A stretch of DNA of 49,135 bases from Pseudomonadota bacterium. Lineage in GTDB: Bacteria; Pseudomonadota; Gammaproteobacteria; Burkholderiales; SG8-39. Position numbers and translations under genes: made by a program. Positions 45,697-49,135 of the stretch are shown here, piece by piece (within the stretch, counting starts at the first letter, position 1; each line of letters starts with the position of its first letter). The stretch lies in contig JANMXB010000463.1 of the NCBI GenBank assembly GCA_031380765.1, positions 1 to 49,135 on the forward strand. Direction: 5' to 3'. Below the pieces are notes generated by a model. The model saw only the letters and a list, made by a program, of their open reading frames with translations. It was not told the origin of the DNA and searched no databases.

Positions 45697-46868
45697 GCGG
45701 TCTCGTCGAAGAGCTCGCGCCCGATCAGCCAGCGGCGGATTTCGCTCGTCCCCGCGCCGATTTCGTAGAGCTTCGCGTCACGCCAGAGCCGGCCCGTGGG
45801 CGTCTCATTGATGTAGCCCATGCCGCCGAGTGCCTGAATCGCTTCGCCTGCCATCCAGGTGGCCTTTTCGGCCGACACCAGGATCGCGCCGGCGGCGTCC
45901 TTGCGCGTGGTCTCGCCGCGATCGAGCGCCTGGCCGACCGCGTACACGTAGGCGCGGCAATACGAGAACGTGGCATACATGTCGGCGAGCTTGCCCTGCA
46001 TGAGCTGGAACTCGCCGATCGGCTGGCCGAACTGCTTGCGCTCGTGCACGTATGGAATCACCACGTCCAGGCAGGCCGCCATGATGCCCAGCGGGCCGCC
46101 GGCCAGCACCGCGCGTTCGTAGTCCAGGCCGCTCATGAGGACATTCACGCCGCGGCCCTCCTGGCTCAGGATGTTTTCCTCCGGTACTTCGCAATCCCGG
46201 AATACGAGCTCGCAAGTGTTCGAGCCGCGCATGCCGATCTTGTCGAGCTTCTGCGCGGTCGAAAAACCTTTCATGCCCTTCTCGATGAGGAAAGCCGTGA
46301 TCCCGCGCGGACCGGCGTTGGAATCCGTCTTTGCGTAAACGACAAGCACGTCGGCGTCGGGACCGTTGGTAATCCACATCTTGTTGCCGTTGAGGAGATA
46401 GGTGCTGCCTCCGCTTTTTTCCCTGCGCTCCGCGCGCAGGCGCATTCCTACGACATCCGATCCCGCGCCCGGCTCGCTCATGGCGAGTGCGCCCACGTGT
46501 TCTCCGGCAACGAGCTTGGGCAGGTACTTCTTCTTCTGGGCGGAGCTGCCATTTCTGTGGATCTGGTTCTCGCACAGGTTGGAAAACGCACCATAGGACA
46601 ATCCCACCGAGGCCGAAGCGCGGCTGATCTCCTCCACCGCGATGATGTGCGCGAGGTAACCCATCGCGGTCCCTCCGTATTCCTCGTCGACGGTGACGCC
46701 CAGCAGGCCCAGGCTGCCGAGCTTGGGCCACAGGTCCATGGGAAATTCGTTCGAACGGTCGATTTCGCCGGCGCGCGGGGCGATTTCGTCCGCGGCGAAC
46801 CGGCGCACCGTTTCACGCAGCGCCGCAATGTCCTCGCCGTGGTCGAACCTGAGAAACGGGTATTCCAT
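45693..46868 (-). CDS. liuA: isovaleryl-CoA dehydrogenase
   Basis: 391 aa. [45 protein letters not shown]. First gene after the LiuR-type regulator. GGAGG SD. Confidence 0.95.
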   Translation of the reverse strand: MEYPFLRFDHGEDIAALRETVRRFAADEIAPRAGEIDRSNEFPMDLWPKLGSLGLLGVTVDEEYGGTAMGYLAHIIAVEEISRASASVGLSYGAFSNLCENQIHRNGSSAQKKKYLPKLVAGEHVGALAMSEPGAGSDVVGMRLRAERREKSGGSTYLLNGNKMWITNGPDADVLVVYAKTDSNAGPRGITAFLIEKGMKGFSTAQKLDKIGMRGSNTCELVFRDCEVPEENILSQEGRGVNVLMSGLDYERAVLAGGPLGIMAACLDVVIPYVHERKQFGQPIGEFQLMQGKLADMYATFSYCRAYVYAVGQALDRGETTRKDAAGAILVSAEKATWMAGEAIQALGGMGYINETPTGRLWRDAKLYEIGAGTSEIRRWLIGRELFDETA

Positions 46869-46896
46869 TGCAGCCTCCGCGGGTGGCGGGAAACAC

Positions 46897-46928
46897 AGGA
46901 TAGTGATTTACGTTTACGTAAGCGTCAA
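46897..46928 (-). promoter_or_regulatory. MerR-type promoter/operator upstream of liuA: TTGACG, 20-nt spacer containing the palindrome TTACGT-NN-ACGTAA, then TATCCT
   Basis: Read on the minus strand. -35 TTGACG = 46923-46928, -10 TATCCT = 46897-46902, inverted repeat = 46908-46921. The 20-nt spacer is the overlong spacing typical of MerR-family controlled promoters. Confidence 0.5.
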
Positions 46929-46947
46929 CTCTGCCTAGAGAGGGCCG

Positions 46948-47385
46948 TCACGCGGATTTGCGGCGCTTTGCGGCCCCTTTCTGCTCGGCAAGGCGCTTGC
47001 GGCAGCGCTTTTCGAACAGCGCGATCTCCGAGAGTTGCGCCTCGATGTCCTCGCGCTGCTGCATCAGCTGGCGCTTGTGGGCTTCCAGAACGGCGAGGAA
47101 CTTCTCCAATTGCGGCCGCTCGTCCCGGCCGGTGTCGTACATGTCGACGATTTCGCGGATTTCCGCAAGGGTCAGGCCGAGGCGTTTTCCCCGCAGGGTC
47201 AGCTTGAGCCGGGTGTGGTCGCGCGGCGTGTAGATGCGCCGCTGGCCCTGTCTGGCCGGTGACAGCAGGCCCTCGGATTCGTAAAAGCGGATGGCGCGGG
47301 GCGTCACGTCGAATTCGCGCGCGAGCTCGCTGATGGAATACTCGCTGCGCTCGGCGCTGGCGTCGTGGGTGGCGGTGGCTGCCAT
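46948..47385 (-). CDS. liuR: MerR-family transcriptional regulator (LiuR-type)
   Basis: HTH YSISELAREFDVTPRAIRFYESEGLL, coiled-coil dimerisation helix. Position directly upstream of liuA. Confidence 0.85.
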   Translation of the reverse strand: MAATATHDASAERSEYSISELAREFDVTPRAIRFYESEGLLSPARQGQRRIYTPRDHTRLKLTLRGKRLGLTLAEIREIVDMYDTGRDERPQLEKFLAVLEAHKRQLMQQREDIEAQLSEIALFEKRCRKRLAEQKGAAKRRKSA

Positions 47386-47503
47386 GTTGTTTCGAAGAGT
47401 TCGATTGCCCGGATGCTGCGGCGCGGCGATAATCGTCTAACACCCGTGCGGTCCGGCGCATTCTAGCCGACCACCTCGCCCGACGAGCCCCCGAGAAACC
47501 ACG

Positions 47504-48553
47504 ATGCCTGCACCGCTCCAGTTTCCCTTTGCCGGCCCGCCTGCGACCGGCACGACGCTCGAAGTCGCGCCCGGCGTGCGATGGCTGCGCATGGTGCTGC
47601 CTTTTGCGCTCGATCACATCAACCTCTGGCTGCTCGAAGACGAAAAGGACGGCGTACCCGGGTTCACAATCGTGGACAGCGGCCTGTCGAACGATGCCAC
47701 GCGCGAAGCGTGGGAGAAGATCTTTGCCGCCCATCTCGGCGGCGAGCCCGTGCATCGCCTGATCGTGACGCACTATCACCCCGACCATGCGGGCAACGCC
47801 GGGTGGCTGGTGGAGCGATTCGGCTGCGAGATGTGGATGACGCAGGGCGAGTACCTCACGGCGCACGCCGTCATGGACAACGCCGCGGGTTATTCGCCGG
47901 AGGCCTCGACGGCGCTATACAAGGCCAACGGGCTGGATTCCTCGCATGACGAGGGTCTTGCCCAGCGAGGTCATTTTTACCGCAAGAGCGTCCAGCCGCT
48001 GCCCGGCCGATACCGCCGGATCCTCGATGGAGAAACGCTCACGATCGGGCGGCATCAATGGAAGGTGATTGTCGGCAACGGCCATGCCCCTGAGCATGCG
48101 TCGCTGTACTGTGCCGGACTCGGCGTTTGCATTTCCGGCGACATGCTGCTGCCCAAGATCTCGACCAACGTCAGCGTATGGTCGGTGGATCCGAATGGCG
48201 ATCCGCTCGAGCAATTCCTGTCTTCGATCCGCGTCTACCGGACGCTTCCGCCGGACACGCTGATTCTGCCTTCGCACGGGTTGCCGTTTCGGGGCGCCCA
48301 CGAGCGCGTGGCGGCGCTCGAGCAGCATCATGCGGACAGGCTGGCCGAACTGGAACAGGCTCTCGCCGCCGCCAAGGCGCCGCTCGCCGCATTTGACGTG
48401 CTGCAAACCCTGTTCCGCAGAAAGCTCGACGCCCACCAGACCACGTTCGCGATGGGGGAAGCCATTGCGCATCTTCACTATCTCCTCAATGCGGGACGCG
48501 CGGCGCGCGTGGTTGGCGCGGATGGCATCGTCCGCTATGCTCCGGCGACATAA
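47504..48553 (+). CDS. MBL-fold metallo-hydrolase
   Basis: VTHYHPDHAGNAGW (HxHxDH), downstream His/Asp ligands (GNGHAPEH, SGDML, PSHG). Confidence 0.9.
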   Translation: MPAPLQFPFAGPPATGTTLEVAPGVRWLRMVLPFALDHINLWLLEDEKDGVPGFTIVDSGLSNDATREAWEKIFAAHLGGEPVHRLIVTHYHPDHAGNAGWLVERFGCEMWMTQGEYLTAHAVMDNAAGYSPEASTALYKANGLDSSHDEGLAQRGHFYRKSVQPLPGRYRRILDGETLTIGRHQWKVIVGNGHAPEHASLYCAGLGVCISGDMLLPKISTNVSVWSVDPNGDPLEQFLSSIRVYRTLPPDTLILPSHGLPFRGAHERVAALEQHHADRLAELEQALAAAKAPLAAFDVLQTLFRRKLDAHQTTFAMGEAIAHLHYLLNAGRAARVVGADGIVRYAPAT

Positions 48554-48599
48554 GCCGGCATAAGCGGCGACCATCGGTCGCCGTGAACGAGGAGACGTC

Positions 48600-49135
48600 A
48601 TGGAAATCAAGCCCACGGTCGATGCAGCAGAGCGCGCGCGCATGTTCGCGGAGGTTGCGGAGCGGGCCAGCAAGCTCCTGGCCGATTTTGCCCGAAAGCA
48701 TCCAACCGGCCTGCCCGGGGGCGTGAGCGACGAACTGGGAATCGCCAAGGCCTTCATGGACCTGTATGCGCGCATGCTTGGCGATCCGTACGCGCTTGCC
48801 GCGCTGTCGATCAACATGAGTTTCGACTACATGAAGCTCTGGCAGTCGAGCTGGATGCGCCTGTTTGGCGGGGAGCCGCAGCCCGTGATATCGCCGTCCA
48901 AAGGCGATAGCCGATTCAAGGACGAGGAGTGGCAATCGAGCTTTGTCTTCGACTTCATCAAGCAGTCCTACCTCATCACTTCGCGCCACGTGCAGGACGC
49001 GGTTGCCGGTGTGGACGACCTGCCTGAAGAGTCGAGGAAAAAAGTCGCCTTTTTCACCCGCCAGTACCTCGACGCGCTCGCGCCCTCGAACTTCGCGTTG
49101 ACCAACCCCCAGGTACTGCGCGAAACGCTCGCCTC
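48600..49135 (+). CDS. phaC: class I poly(R)-hydroxyalkanoate synthase, N-terminal part (3' end outside window)
   Basis: Not in the ORF track because there is no stop in the window. ATG 48600 after GAGGAG. Translation ...GDSRFKDEEWQSSFVFDFIKQSYLITSRH...FFTRQYLDALAPSNFALTNPQVLRETL matches the conserved PhaC N-terminal region. Confidence 0.85.
   Translation, partial: MEIKPTVDAAERARMFAEVAERASKLLADFARKHPTGLPGGVSDELGIAKAFMDLYARMLGDPYALAALSINMSFDYMKLWQSSWMRLFGGEPQPVISPSKGDSRFKDEEWQSSFVFDFIKQSYLITSRHVQDAVAGVDDLPEESRKKVAFFTRQYLDALAPSNFALTNPQVLRETLA

Noticed and set aside
48550-48582. Near-tandem ATAAGCCGGC/ATAAGCGGC and an 8-bp hairpin (CGGCGACC-ATC-GGTCGCCG) after the MBL gene. Also the CCGTAGCCGTAG micro-repeat at 19655.
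   Set aside because: They are too short to be meaningful repeats. The hairpin has a 3-nt loop and no T-tract, so at best it is a weak terminator.

Overview
High-GC (~65%), densely coding proteobacterial chromosomal segment; the gene content looks betaproteobacterial, which is an inference. I support about 50 protein-coding genes and found no rRNA, tRNA or CRISPR array. Layout, left to right: (1) 1-6154, CoA-thioester metabolism: flavoprotein fragment, AMP-forming ligase, two-gene hydratase/VOC pair, NDP-forming acyl-CoA synthetase, plus a small GIY-YIG-like gene. (2) 6161-7804, a TagH-type FHA protein with no type VI secretion genes nearby. (3) 8078-15069, system I cytochrome c maturation split into two convergent blocks, ccmEFGHI (+) and ccmABCD (-), whose stop codons share one CTAG. 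(4) 15426-19660, the most unusual stretch: an orphan TpsB transporter, a beta-helix repeat fragment, a soluble adenylate cyclase-FHA fusion and a secreted FimV-type LysM/Sel1 protein. (5) 19705-20334, a decayed REP-associated tyrosine transposase (RAYT)-like gene. (6) 20267-29384, ornithine cyclodeaminase-family gene, an unassigned gene, an acyl-CoA ligase and a Liv-type ABC importer. (7) 29426-31790, an isomerase and two crotonases. (8) 31855-47385, a long minus-strand leucine/isovalerate catabolic (liu) cluster under a MerR-type LiuR. It is interrupted by a PIN toxin-antitoxin pair and asnS, and it carries extra genes (rhodanese, RidA, PaaI, SDR, thiolase, NMO, thioesterase). (9) 47504-49135, an MBL-fold hydrolase and the 5' part of a class I PHA synthase. 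Many long ORFs in the supplied track are antisense or off-frame artefacts of the high GC content. Best candidate for an undescribed system: the TpsB / cyclase-FHA / FimV-like string together with the orphan TagH-like protein, giving two FHA phosphothreonine readers with no Ser/Thr kinase or phosphatase in the window. All family assignments come from motif recognition by eye and need HMM/BLAST confirmation.
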